From Vezdaea acicularis (taxonomy: Eukaryota), in the NCBI GenBank assembly GCA_026025075.1, contig JAPEUI010000046.1, positions 1-64,000 on the forward strand: DNA of 64,000 bases. The letters are read 5' to 3'. The notes below the pieces were generated by a model, which did not search any database, was not told the DNA's origin, and saw only the letters and a program-made list of their open reading frames with translations. The position numbers were made by a program, and so were the translations under genes. Positions 48,491 through 59,700 of the stretch are shown here, piece by piece; the first letter of the stretch is position 1; the number at the start of each line of letters is the position of its first letter.

Positions 48491-50989
48491 ATGCGACCCG
48501 GCTTGCAAAAATTACTGGCCTGGCCTGGAGAAAGTCGACCTTTGCGTTCCATCAAGATTACAGGTTCTCCTACATTAATACTCATTCAGTGTGGTAATCG
48601 TTTCCACTACGGAGAATCCGTCTCTCGCCAGCAAAAGAGATCTGTGAAATATCGAAGTATTTCGGAGCCAGAAGGTCGTTTTCAGGGGCATAAACCATCC
48701 GTTGCCTGCATTCCAGATGACGGTCTCAGCTCCCAACTGCGGAGTGTGTCGAAGAGGCACCTTTCCGGCTCTGAAATAGACATTCGTAAAGCAGTCGTAA
48801 GTATTAGTAGGAGAGCTTCAACCAAGCTCATTGGTAGCTCTCAGCCTAAACTCAGTCTAGAGGCTTGGATATCCCGATTGCGTCATAGTGTCCACCTTCA
48901 TGGGACTGGAGGTGCACTCGTTGTCTGGCAAGAGCTGAGGGGTCAGCATATCGATATACCTACCAATGGGAGGTTAGCGGCATTCTTCTGGTGGAGGTTC
49001 CTACACTTAGGGTTCGATGATGAAGAGTTCTTGGAAGAATTGGTATCTTATGCCGACAACCTTTTACATAGGAAACACATGCGATGGCCATATCTCTACC
49101 AGGCGATCTTAGAGCATTACCTTCCCCATGGGCCAGGGTCAGCGCTCCAATGGCATACTAGGCTTGTAGAACTTCACCGACCCAGGCGGAATTCAATGAA
49201 GACACTGGCTTTTGTCGCGCTGAGGAGCCCCAAAAGCTTGGAAGCCTTTCGAGTCATTTACCTGGAGAATACGAAGCAAAAGAACGGTGGTATCTATTCG
49301 ACTCTGATACCAAAGCTCTGTGCTCAAGAGCAGTGGGAGGCGGCGACAGAATGGCACTTCCTTCTCATGGGCGTCGGAGACAAACCTGAAGACCACACCG
49401 TACCTACGCCCTTGATGTCGTATCTAGCCATTCACGGTGGCACTCACTTATTGCATACGTTTACTCAAGGACTAATAAAGGCGGGCGTAAACCTTTCGCC
49501 TAGCTCGGGAAAAGGGCCTGTGAATACCAGTCCTTTAGTACTGTCTCGAGAGACTATGAGTCGTTCTCTGGGCGACAGGTTTCACGTTGCTGAGAAGACA
49601 CTTAGTGAGAGATTCTGCGCTCGGCTCTTCGCTACACCTTCATTCTCGGTCGACTCCGTTATGAGCGGCCTACAGATGGTTGGAGTCACGCATATAGGAC
49701 CGACGGTCCTACGTGAGATATGTCTTCGTGAGAGCGGAGTCGATGGTATCGAGCATCGCCTCAAGCAGCTCCAGCAAGCCAACATTTCAACAGGATCATC
49801 AACTTTTACTCGCGTCGTGAAGAAATTGGTCAGGCAAAATGACTGGGAAACCTTACGAGATGTTCTTGAAAGCGATCAGCATCCCGAGGTTCTCGAAGAC
49901 CTGGGAATACAGGGAAAATTACTGATGATGTACGCAGCTTCCCAAAATTGGCGCCAACTGAAGCGAACTACTGCTATACTCGAAGAGTTGGCTCCGAACC
50001 CCACGAGCTCTGTCTGGCATCTTCATTCCAAGGAGCTTCTCCAAAATACAGATAAGTCGGGAACATCTCAAACGCTTGGCCAGATGCATGACAGGCGATT
50101 GGCTCTATCGTCTGGAACTCTCGAGCTCTCATCCAGGAATTTTGATTCACTTCCTACAGCTCAAGAAGGTTCCCTTGCTGCCTCTGGAGAGACCTCGCCC
50201 CTTGTCTCTCTAAATAAGGAATTACTTTCTGCTGATTCTCAATCCGCTCGCCATTGGAGACTTGTCTTGGCTGCTTTTGCAAAGACCCTTCGATTTAAAG
50301 AAATGGAAATAGTGGCTCTGTGGCTAGCTAAATATTATGCATCAGGTTCAACAGATCACTCGATGGCAAGATTAAAGCCCTACAGCGCCTTTGTGGTGGA
50401 TAAACCCGGGGGCAGCAGTTCAAATCTTTCTAATCAATTGGAAGAAGCTGGTCGAAGGAGCCATAATTTGAGCAAAATATTCACCCCAGCGATACAGAAA
50501 GGTATCGTTGCATGGTCCTTCAAGCGGGCGTGGGCTAGCCTTCCTAATGTCGACATAGCTAGGACCAAGCTGGATGCTATTGGAGAGGATTCACATCATG
50601 ATCACTGGACATGGGGCTTGAGGCTTCTCAAACAACTGGAGGCGCAAGGAGTCCAGATCTACGATACCGCGGTTCGAAATGAGTGTGCATGTCGCTTCCT
50701 TATTCTGTTCGCAACTGGTCGGCCGAAATCACGCCTCAATAGGCGTGGTCGAGCGCTAAACCCACACAAGCTCAGTATGATGATTCAGAGGGTTCACGAG
50801 ATATGGGGCTGGCCCCTGCTTGATGACGACTACCATCTTGAGGCGCGGAAACGTCTGACGTCTCCCGCGCTACCAAAGTCAAGTGGTCTTGTTAGATTCC
50901 GGGATTTCACGAGTATTCGTCAGAGGGGGCAGATAAGGCTAGAGATAAATCGCAAGAATCTGGCAGACTCTTCACCTGTACTTCTGTAG
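48491..50989 (+). CDS. Pentatricopeptide-repeat-like helical protein, probably mitochondrial
   Basis: Single ORF of about 830 aa; basic S/R-rich N-terminus; PPR-like segments (IYSTLIPKLCAQEQWEAATEWHFLL) and the CARLFAT, SDQHPEVLED, ACRFLILF motifs I recall from fungal PPR-domain proteins. Confidence 0.7.
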   Translation: MRPGLQKLLAWPGESRPLRSIKITGSPTLILIQCGNRFHYGESVSRQQKRSVKYRSISEPEGRFQGHKPSVACIPDDGLSSQLRSVSKRHLSGSEIDIRKAVVSISRRASTKLIGSSQPKLSLEAWISRLRHSVHLHGTGGALVVWQELRGQHIDIPTNGRLAAFFWWRFLHLGFDDEEFLEELVSYADNLLHRKHMRWPYLYQAILEHYLPHGPGSALQWHTRLVELHRPRRNSMKTLAFVALRSPKSLEAFRVIYLENTKQKNGGIYSTLIPKLCAQEQWEAATEWHFLLMGVGDKPEDHTVPTPLMSYLAIHGGTHLLHTFTQGLIKAGVNLSPSSGKGPVNTSPLVLSRETMSRSLGDRFHVAEKTLSERFCARLFATPSFSVDSVMSGLQMVGVTHIGPTVLREICLRESGVDGIEHRLKQLQQANISTGSSTFTRVVKKLVRQNDWETLRDVLESDQHPEVLEDLGIQGKLLMMYAASQNWRQLKRTTAILEELAPNPTSSVWHLHSKELLQNTDKSGTSQTLGQMHDRRLALSSGTLELSSRNFDSLPTAQEGSLAASGETSPLVSLNKELLSADSQSARHWRLVLAAFAKTLRFKEMEIVALWLAKYYASGSTDHSMARLKPYSAFVVDKPGGSSSNLSNQLEEAGRRSHNLSKIFTPAIQKGIVAWSFKRAWASLPNVDIARTKLDAIGEDSHHDHWTWGLRLLKQLEAQGVQIYDTAVRNECACRFLILFATGRPKSRLNRRGRALNPHKLSMMIQRVHEIWGWPLLDDDYHLEARKRLTSPALPKSSGLVRFRDFTSIRQRGQIRLEINRKNLADSSPVLL

Positions 50990-51189
50990 TATGTAGCATG
51001 AAATTGACTAGATAAAACCGCTCCATAATATTGGTGCGATTGCTGAGAACTCTCGCCAATCGTATAATCAATCGAGGCCAATATACAAATATATCTATCA
51101 TCCGCTTAGAGTCAAAAAAGGGCTGATGTCAGAGCTCGCTCTCGAACTAATGCACACTCTCTGAAGTTATGTAATGCATTCCAAAATTG

Positions 51190-53207
51190 TTAAACGATTC
51201 CTCCGGCTACTGCTCCTCCCCCAGCAGCAGGTACAGCACCGCCTCCTGAGAGGCCATTGCCATTCACCCCCTGAACCGCAAAGGTTTGGTTGCTGGTTCC
51301 AGACCCCCCACCTCCTAGAGAATGCAAAGAGCACGTCGTGCCGTTCCCTTGTGTGCAGAAAATCATCTGTACTGGTTCTGCTCGAACCCCTCGTGCTATA
51401 AGCCTCGATCTAAGTTCCGCCAGCCGAGGCCCAGCATTTATAGTAGTCCGGTTTTGTCCTGTTGCAGGATCTTTGGCTCCGCTCCATAAAATTTCGCCAG
51501 CAGCTGAAGCTCTGGGCCACAGCGTAGTGTCTAAATTCTGCGAATCTGTCAATTCAGACCACAAGCTCACCTCGCCGCCGATGACAAGGTTTGATTCCTG
51601 ATCGGTGAGACCCTGAAGTGGGTCGTACGAGTACATGAGCCTCCAATTTTTCGTTGGTGAGCAGTAGTCGTTAAAAGGCCAATAAGCAGCCACAGCGTTG
51701 GCATCAAAGTTCAACCACTGTCCTTTTCCGCAGTCCAAATACTAGGTTAGAAGATTAGTCGAGAAGCAATAAGCGTTGAAGTTGGTGTAAGAACTAAGGA
51801 ACTCTCAACACATACCCAGTAGTTGAAATTGCCGACAATGACTTTGTGACCTGCACTAACGACGCTCTTGACAGAGGAATCATTCCGCCATGTCTGAACG
51901 ACTACGTTTGAGGGTAATCTCAGATTCCAGTCGATCAACATTTCCTCCCAAACAATTGGCGTCAGCTGTTTGTTCTGCACGAGGTTTAGATTGTGGTCGA
52001 AGAAGTTCTGCAATAGCGGACGGAGAACGCTCGTATCATTACTTTTTATCTCAGAATCCAGCATGTAGCAGTTTGCGTTGATTTCATCCCCTCCCATGTG
52101 AAAATAGCTGGAGTATGTCCATAGCTGTGGGAGAAGATCGTTGAACATGACTTGCAGGATAAAAGGAACTCCAGTGTCGTTGAGCTTGAGTTGACCGGAA
52201 GGAGGCTCCGAAGCATAATTCTGCCAGTCTGGTTGGTTGTAGCAAGCAATAAGTCCTGGATAAGCTTTTGCTATGGATGCTGTATGCCCTGGCATATCTA
52301 CTTCTAGGTAAATCTCTACGCCACGGTACTGACCGTATTGTTGGATGAGCTTTAAGTCTGCATTGGTGTAAATTTTGTTCGGATCATAAGGACCTAGGCC
52401 AGTGAGCTGGTTTAGTTCGAGAATCTGAACGGGCCAGGATTGCGAGTCTGTTGCATGGATATGAAGGCGACTAAACTTGTTCCAGGCCAGGGCATCTATA
52501 GTTCGAAGGATGTCTGATACGGGGAACCAGCTACGAGCGACGTCGAGATTGAGCCCACGATGAGAGAACATTGGCTTGTCGACAATCCCTACCGGTGCAA
52601 GGTTGGTATATATTGCCGAGCTCGATGTTGAATGAGTATAAAACAGTTGGGTGAAAGTGTCAAGAGCACGCAAGACACCTATAGTTGACACGGCCGTAAT
52701 GGTGACGTGCCCGTCTATTGTCACGTTCAATTTATACGACTCGTCTGCCTCTCCATCTAGCGGCTTGAAGACCTTATCCGTATCCAGAGATGATGTTGAG
52801 ATATCGATCTGCTGGATCTTATTCGTTGATGTAGATTCATTATTGAATGGTTCGAAAAGACCAATATTTGCATGAAAGTCGAGGGGCACAAAATTCTCCG
52901 TGAAGATTGTGTTAAAAGTCCGTTTGACTGCTGAGCTTATGATGCTCAGAGCCAACTCTTGAACGGAAACAAAGCCTGGAAAGTTGTTGATGCCAGTCCC
53001 ATCCAGTGTCTAGAGCGAAACATCAGCTGAGGTTTAACATTAAGAAGATAGGGTCCGCTTTACTGTATTGACGTTTGTCCCATTGAAAGTAACTACGGTA
53101 TCTCGATTGAACCACAATACTGTAGTCCCATTCGTATAGTTCATAGGCTGGGGCCAGATAGCAACAACTGCCGGAACCAAGAGTGCCAAAATGTTGAGAA
53201 GCTTCAT
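51190..53207 (-). CDS. Secreted beta-N-acetylhexosaminidase, GH20 (2 introns)
   Basis: Signal peptide plus IWPQP, DESYKL, HRGLNLDVAR, HIHATDSQSWP, EVDMPGH, catalytic HMGGDE, YLDCG, GGEVSLWSE, LWPRASAAGEILWS. Confidence 0.95.
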
Positions 53208-54575
53208 GTTGAGCGCTTCCAACTGCAACGACTCATGCAATCCGGTGCGCTCAATCTCTTCCGCTTTCCCATAGAGAGAGATGAATAGAGTATAGACTTA
53301 TCCCGATGGGCTGAACACCTCTATTTCAAGGGCAGAGCTCCAGTACCGTGGCCAAAGTGGAGACACTTTCTAGGGAAAAAGTGCTGAAAAAAGAGACTGC
53401 TACCGTCTCTAAAGCAGGATTCTATGTGAACTTGCGATTCCAAAGGAGCAGGTGATTCCGTGAACAGTGAGGCTGAACATGTTATTATTGAGATGGTGGC
53501 GGAGGCGGCTATCCTATAGTATACCACCCTAGATGACCAAATCAATTTGAAACAGTCGCCGCAATCTTAGGAGCTAAGAGCGTATGATTTGACATTGGTT
53601 GTTAGGGCTGCCACCATATCCGATTGCAAGCCCTTGGTGAGACCGAATATCCCGCAAGCACTGTTCCCGGGGTGGCAGCGCGTCGGTTGATGAATCCGTA
53701 GGATTATGAAAACTTGCCTTCAGTCATCATTTTACAAGACGTACTCACCCCATGTCATTAGGTAAGATATTGTAACAAGAAATTCGACACTTGCTCTACC
53801 TTCTATGTTGCAGTCGGCGAGCCAGGTACTGTGGGTGAGCAGAGAGTATCGTTGAATCAATCTTTTAGGCGACATCTCGAGCACTGGATCGCTTCACATT
53901 ATTGTCTTGCGCATCTCAGGTTGACTCAAACTGAGCAGTCGTACGATAGACGCAATGCGCTCGGAGACTCGAGCTAGCCATGGGCATTTGAAACTGCTGT
54001 TTTACATGATCAACACTGTAATTGCACTCCAATAAACTCCTTAAGCGATTATAACTAAGTACTACGACTGGTCTCGACTTCAATCAAATGTCCACCATAG
54101 CCACTATGTATTATGTTTCTACTCCATTATGAGAGTCTCCCTTCTAGTGAACGCTGTAGAAGCAAGAGTATATGTCTTCAACATGCTTTGTTTATCTCTC
54201 TTCTATGATGCAATTCTCGGAGGTCTGAGTAGCACGGCTTTGAGATAACAGTCGAGATTGCACGGCCTCTGTTCCAATGTAAGAAGGAAATGTAAAGATC
54301 CTGGTATCTTTCATTCCCTTGGTGGCCAAGCCTGCTCTGCGGCCTGGAAAGGGGGCCTGGACTCTCATGTTTATGTGCAGGAAATCTTGTCGATATTAGC
54401 CTCTGATTAATTCCATGCCCTATACCCCTCATCTCAAATAGCACATGGTCTTTCCTGAAAGCTCCAGAATGGAATAATCAACAAGCCCGAAGCAGTTGAA
54501 CTACGCGGGTTGGTTGACGGACATGGTAGCGAGGGTAGGGAGAGCTCGGAGAACCACGGGAGCCTTCGATGCCTG

Positions 54576-55187
54576 CTAGGGTTCTTCATCAGGGTTAAAG
54601 CCAAGCTTTTCTAACTGGCGGACGAGTTCGTTGATCTTGATGACCTTTGCGAACTGCTCAGGAAGCAGGTTGGCTCCACTATCCTTCTTATCTTTAAGTT
54701 CGCGTGCTTGGCGTAATTTCTTTCTTAAATTCCGGGCCAACCTCTCATTTTCTAAATCTGTACTCTCTGTGGTTAACTCTAGAGTCGAAGTTTCAGTCTC
54801 CCCCACGGTCATCTCAGAACCATTCTTTGGAGGGGTTGTGTCCCTGTTTTGAAATTTGGCGGAGTCCTCTATCTCGTCTTCTTTATCATCCGCAATAGCC
54901 TTCGCCTTTTTACGCGCTTCTCTCCGCTTCGCATTCTTGTTACTTGCTTTACTGCTGTCGCCTTCATTTACAGGTGAGGCCCCGGGCACGCCTCCAGAGC
55001 CTCGACTTTTCCAGGCCTCTGCAGTGCGGTTCTTGTAGACTTCAATATCTTCTGGCGGCCGATACCCAGGTCTGATCTTTATTTCTTTACGAGTCGAGCC
55101 ATCTGGCCGTGTGGAGGCAGGAATGCGCCGTTCGCCAGCATCCGTAGTCAGGATGCCGGATTTTGATGGTGTTGCCTCAGAAGGCAT
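54576..55187 (-). CDS. PYM1: PYM1/WIBG exon-junction-complex recycling factor
   Basis: GERRIPASTRPDGSTRKEIKIRPGYRPPED (Mago-binding domain); KKLRQARELK...LLPEQFAKV. Confidence 0.92.
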   Translation of the reverse strand: MPSEATPSKSGILTTDAGERRIPASTRPDGSTRKEIKIRPGYRPPEDIEVYKNRTAEAWKSRGSGGVPGASPVNEGDSSKASNKNAKRREARKKAKAIADDKEDEIEDSAKFQNRDTTPPKNGSEMTVGETETSTLELTTESTDLENERLARNLRKKLRQARELKDKKDSGANLLPEQFAKVIKINELVRQLEKLGFNPDEEP

Positions 55188-55593
55188 GTTGATCATGTGC
55201 AGCGGCTGATTGTTACTGAACTCTGGCACAAGCCAGCAAATTCTTGGACCAGTGCAATGGGGAAAGCCTAGACAGGGGCGCGAAGATGTTTAGTTTGATA
55301 ATTCAGCTGTGTGGTGTACAGTGAATTCTAATGTTTTGTTAAGGTTGAAATGATTGTTGTATTATCTCGGTGAAGCTGTGCCGGATTAGGTTCCTTGAAA
55401 AATCTAGCCAATCAAGATTCATTCCCTTGCAGGAGCCTTCGGGTCGCCTTGGCGCAACCTCGTTATTCTAACTTCACGACAACCCCTTGCAGCGCAGCTT
55501 GTAATCCTTTCTATTCTGCCATCTCTCATTACGTAGCCACCTCATACCCATCTAACATCCTTTGGGTGCGCTCATCGGTAAGCTTAGCTCACA

Positions 55594-56043
55594 ATGCCTG
55601 GTGTAAGTTGGCCCCCGTCGCCCTCTGGACAACATTCAGTCCTGCTAATCTGTCTTGTCTCGAAGGCTTCTTCAGGTCTTTACAAGCAAGAATCCCTCTA
55701 CAGCACGGGTTAAAAACGTGAATTCTCTAACAAACTCTTCAGCTTCTTGTTCCGAAACAACATTGTGTTTCTAGGCGTGGTATTTGGGGGGGCTTTCGCG
55801 TTCGAAATGTGGGTATTGATCGGCCTTAATTATAATCCCAAACTGAGGGCCGCCACTGACTCTGATCACTCGTACAGTGGCTTTGATAGCATTACAGAAA
55901 AGCTATGGGATGCAAGGAATAAAGGGGTAAGCCGATGTCGTCCATCCGGTGCTAGAGAGATCTGGACTAACCTGATCTTCCCTTAGCGACAATGGAAGGA
56001 CATCCGCTCTCGCTATCTAGAGAATGATGGAGGAGATGAATGA
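55594..56043 (+). CDS. QCR9: Cytochrome bc1 complex subunit 9 (4 introns, the second GC-AG)
   Basis: Spliced MPG|ASSGLYN|FLFRNNIVFLGVVFGGAFAFEI|GFDSITEKLWDARNKG|RQWKDIRSRYLENDGGDE. Confidence 0.93.
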
Positions 56044-56784
56044 GCGGGGACTGAGGCTGAGAGCTGTTGTGAGAGCACGTTGAATGAAGAGGATGCGTGA
56101 AAGGATGGAGACTACGTCCTTACGATTCTGGCCCAATATCTACAAGCCTAACAAGCTGCCACTCTAGTTTAAAGCGGATGATCCATTATCACAGTAGCAT
56201 GGAACATAGGTTATTGAACACTGTGGAAACCATTGGCAGATTGAAAGCTGTACTCAACCGATGGGCTATTTCCAAGAACATTTAGCATATCTAATGATAT
56301 AACTTAAGCTCGAGGGTAACCCTCGGGATGATAGCTTTGCATGCAATCTGAAAGTTGATATGTCTAAGCTTCACATATTTTTCGACGAGCTGCTTGAGTG
56401 ATCCCATGGAAGTGGGTAAGGCTACTTGCGGGTTTGCATCTTTTATATTATGCCGAGTTTCGCGAACGAGTCCTCTCACTTAATCCTCCGCAACACTCTT
56501 TCGCGCACTAAAAGGTTCTCGTCGATACCAATGCAAAGCTGTAATTCTATTTAAAGGTATTCTTGCAGCATTCATATGACAAACGCAACTGCCTCATTTG
56601 CCACTGTAACTTCGCTTGACGTGCGATGCGTTGGTACTGAAAAGCTCTGGCGTGAGCTCACGTACACAACACAAGTCTATTCAGTACGTCTTACTTAAAA
56701 GAGAATGAAGTTCTTAGCTGTAGTATAGTGCCAAGTCACTCTCAGGGATATACCTAGCTCATACAACATCTTGTAGGGTATATC

Positions 56785-59700
56785 ATGGACTTGGCTTCTT
56801 TGCCTCCGCCAGAGCAACGGCTTTGTATTAAACTACGGGACCATCCAAGAGTGTTCAACAACCGGTACACTGCTGCAGCAGAAGAGGCGCTTCTGGAGGC
56901 TTTGTTCCGTTCTCTGTCCGCAGATAACGACGAATACTTGCAGCTTCTATTCCCCAGTAGTCTACAGAATAGTGGCTCCGAGAGGTGGAAGCTAAGTGCG
57001 GCCCAAGGTGCTGTAAGTGGGGCAGAATACACTGAAGCGGCGCGAGGGAGCCCGTGTGGCCATATCTTCAAAGCAGGAGAGACTCAGTATCGGTGCGAAA
57101 CGTGTGCCCTGGACGAAACGTGTGTGCTTTGTAGCAAATGTTTCCATGCATCATTGCACGAAGGCCATAATGTTTCAGTGTCAGTGAGCCAAGGAAACAC
57201 TGGCTGCTGCGACTGTGGAGATCATGAAGCCTGGAAGACCCCAGTTCGATGCGGTATACATTCAGTACTACTGTCGTCCAGAGGTAACGACCCACGAGAA
57301 CCACTTTACGCGCAACCTTTGCCCAGCGAACTTCGAGAGGCGATCTCAGCGACTATTGCTAGAGCGTTCGACTATGTCTGCGATGTCATCGCTTGCTCTC
57401 CAGAACAGCTCCGAGGAGTACGATGTGCATCTCCCAATATATCTACTTGCTTTAGCTAATATTTTTTCCTGCAGGAAAAATCTGAAGCTAATGTTAAAGA
57501 AGACCTCGAAAAGTCGAAGCTACTTGGCTCTTATTACGGCGGCGACATAAGTGAATCAGAGCCTGAGTATGCCATGATTCTGTGGAACGACGAGAAGCAT
57601 ACGATAACGGACGTGCAAGATCAAGTCGCTCGCGCCTGTAAGAAGCGGAAGCAATACGGGCTTGAGAAGGCACATGAAGTCAATGACGCTGGTCGTGCAA
57701 TACTCGAATATAGCCAGGATATACAGAAGCTTCTTAAGATGGCTCGAGTCATCGAGCAAATCAAGATCACTGTGACGATAAGGTCATCCCGAGACACCTT
57801 CCGCGAACAGATGTGCGGAACAATTATCGAATGGTTTGGCGATATAGCAGGTTGTCGAGTTGGTGACGATTGCCATGTCCTAAGGCGGACCATATGTGAG
57901 CAGTTGCTTAAGCTTTGGCGAATAGGAAGTGCAGCGACGAACGCCCGGGTTGGGAAAGATGGTATCGATGATCATGAAAAAGAAGACGCCGAGGCTTTTG
58001 GCCACCAACCTATGATAATTCCTCCCGCTACAGGAACGGGAGCTGCGTTCCTTGACTCGGATGATGGGGATGACGACATGGAGGTTGATCTTACAGAGTT
58101 TCCAGAAGGTCCTGATGACAATGATCTCGACATGGATGCTGTGGAGGGACAAGACGAAGCACTCGAGGTTTCGGAAGCCACTCTTGCAGGATATCCTGCT
58201 CCACCACCGCCACCTCCACCTCCACCTCCAACCCTTTTAAGGCAGGATACGGACATGACGCCATCAGATTCCGAGGGCGGCGAGGCCATTATTCCACGCG
58301 TTGCCCCTGCTCGATCGATCATAAACTTGCTAGAATCCGCCCGGTCAATGCATCGTCGTCGGCCAGCTGATTACTGGCTTGAGTTGCCTAGGGGTTGTAC
58401 TTTGCCTCGATCTATACCGCATGAGAACTTAAGAGAGCGCGTTCGCCTAGATCATCTGGTCAATTATGACTTAAGGCTCTGGAAGAAAGCTCGAATAGAT
58501 CTTCGCGAGTTATATATCTCAACTGTTATCAAGGTCCCGGAGTTCAAACGCCTTCTAGGTTTGAGATTTGCTGCTTTCTACCCTGTCTTGGCTCAATTAT
58601 ACCTAATTGCAGACCGAGAGCCCGATCACTCTATCATCACTCTATCCGTCCAAATTCTTACGGCGCCTTCTGTGACCACAGAAGTCGTGGAGCGTGCCAA
58701 CTTCCTCACCAATCTCATGTCCATTCTTTACACGTTCTTGACTACTCGGCAAGTCGGCTATCCAAAAGATATTGATGCAAATGCAACTCTTGCATTTGAA
58801 GCCGGCTCTCTGACCAACAGGCGCATGTATCATTTCTTCATGGATATGAAACACCTGCTTCGATCTCCTTACGTGCAAGGCGTGCTTCGTAAGGAGGATC
58901 GGTATACCATGCAGTTTTTGGACCTTGTGAAGCTGCATCAGGGCATATGCCCCAACCGGCGGGCAATTGGAGAGCATGTTGAGTACGAGACGGACGCATG
59001 GATCAGCGCCTCCCTGATTACTAGAGAAATCAACAAGCTTTGCCGTCAATTTGCCGAGCCGTTCAAATGGAAGCGGGGCGAGGACGATAGAGTAATCTCT
59101 CGAGCGATGCGGAGGGTTGCCAAAGTTACTATATACAACTCATTGGGGCTTGAGCAACGGAGATTCTCACAAGCCGAGATTGAGTCAGAGACGAAATTCA
59201 AGACAAGTAAAGGCTTTGAATTTGATACTGATGATTGGGGCCACATCAATCATTATGAAATCGTGGATTTCACAATTGAAAAGCAACCCATAAGCTTCCA
59301 TCATGCCTTACATTATACATTGTCTTGGTTCATGGATTGCGCGAAGAGCATGCCTGTCGATTATGTCAGAAAGTTGCTATCTTTCGAGGGAAAAGCTTTC
59401 AAGCTTCAAAATCAGGCACGGCGTGCGAGATTCTTGGCTGCACTAGGTCCGGAGGAAACTTTGCTGGCAATGTATGACTTCCCTCTTAGAGTTTGCGCCT
59501 GGATGGCCCAAATGCGAGCCGGAATGTGGGTACGCAATGGCCTAAGTCTCCGGCATCAGTCGTCGACCTATCGTGGTGTACAGCAAAGAGATATTTCACA
59601 TCAACGAGATATCTTCCTTCTTCAATCAGCATTAGTGCTATGTAACCCAAACCGCGTTCTTGTGTCAATGGCCGATAGATTTGGAGTCACGGAGTGGATG

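Noticed and set aside
53300..54560. AT-richer intergenic stretch as a possible transposon relic
   Set aside because: No terminal repeats, target-site duplication or transposase/RT fragments recognisable by eye.
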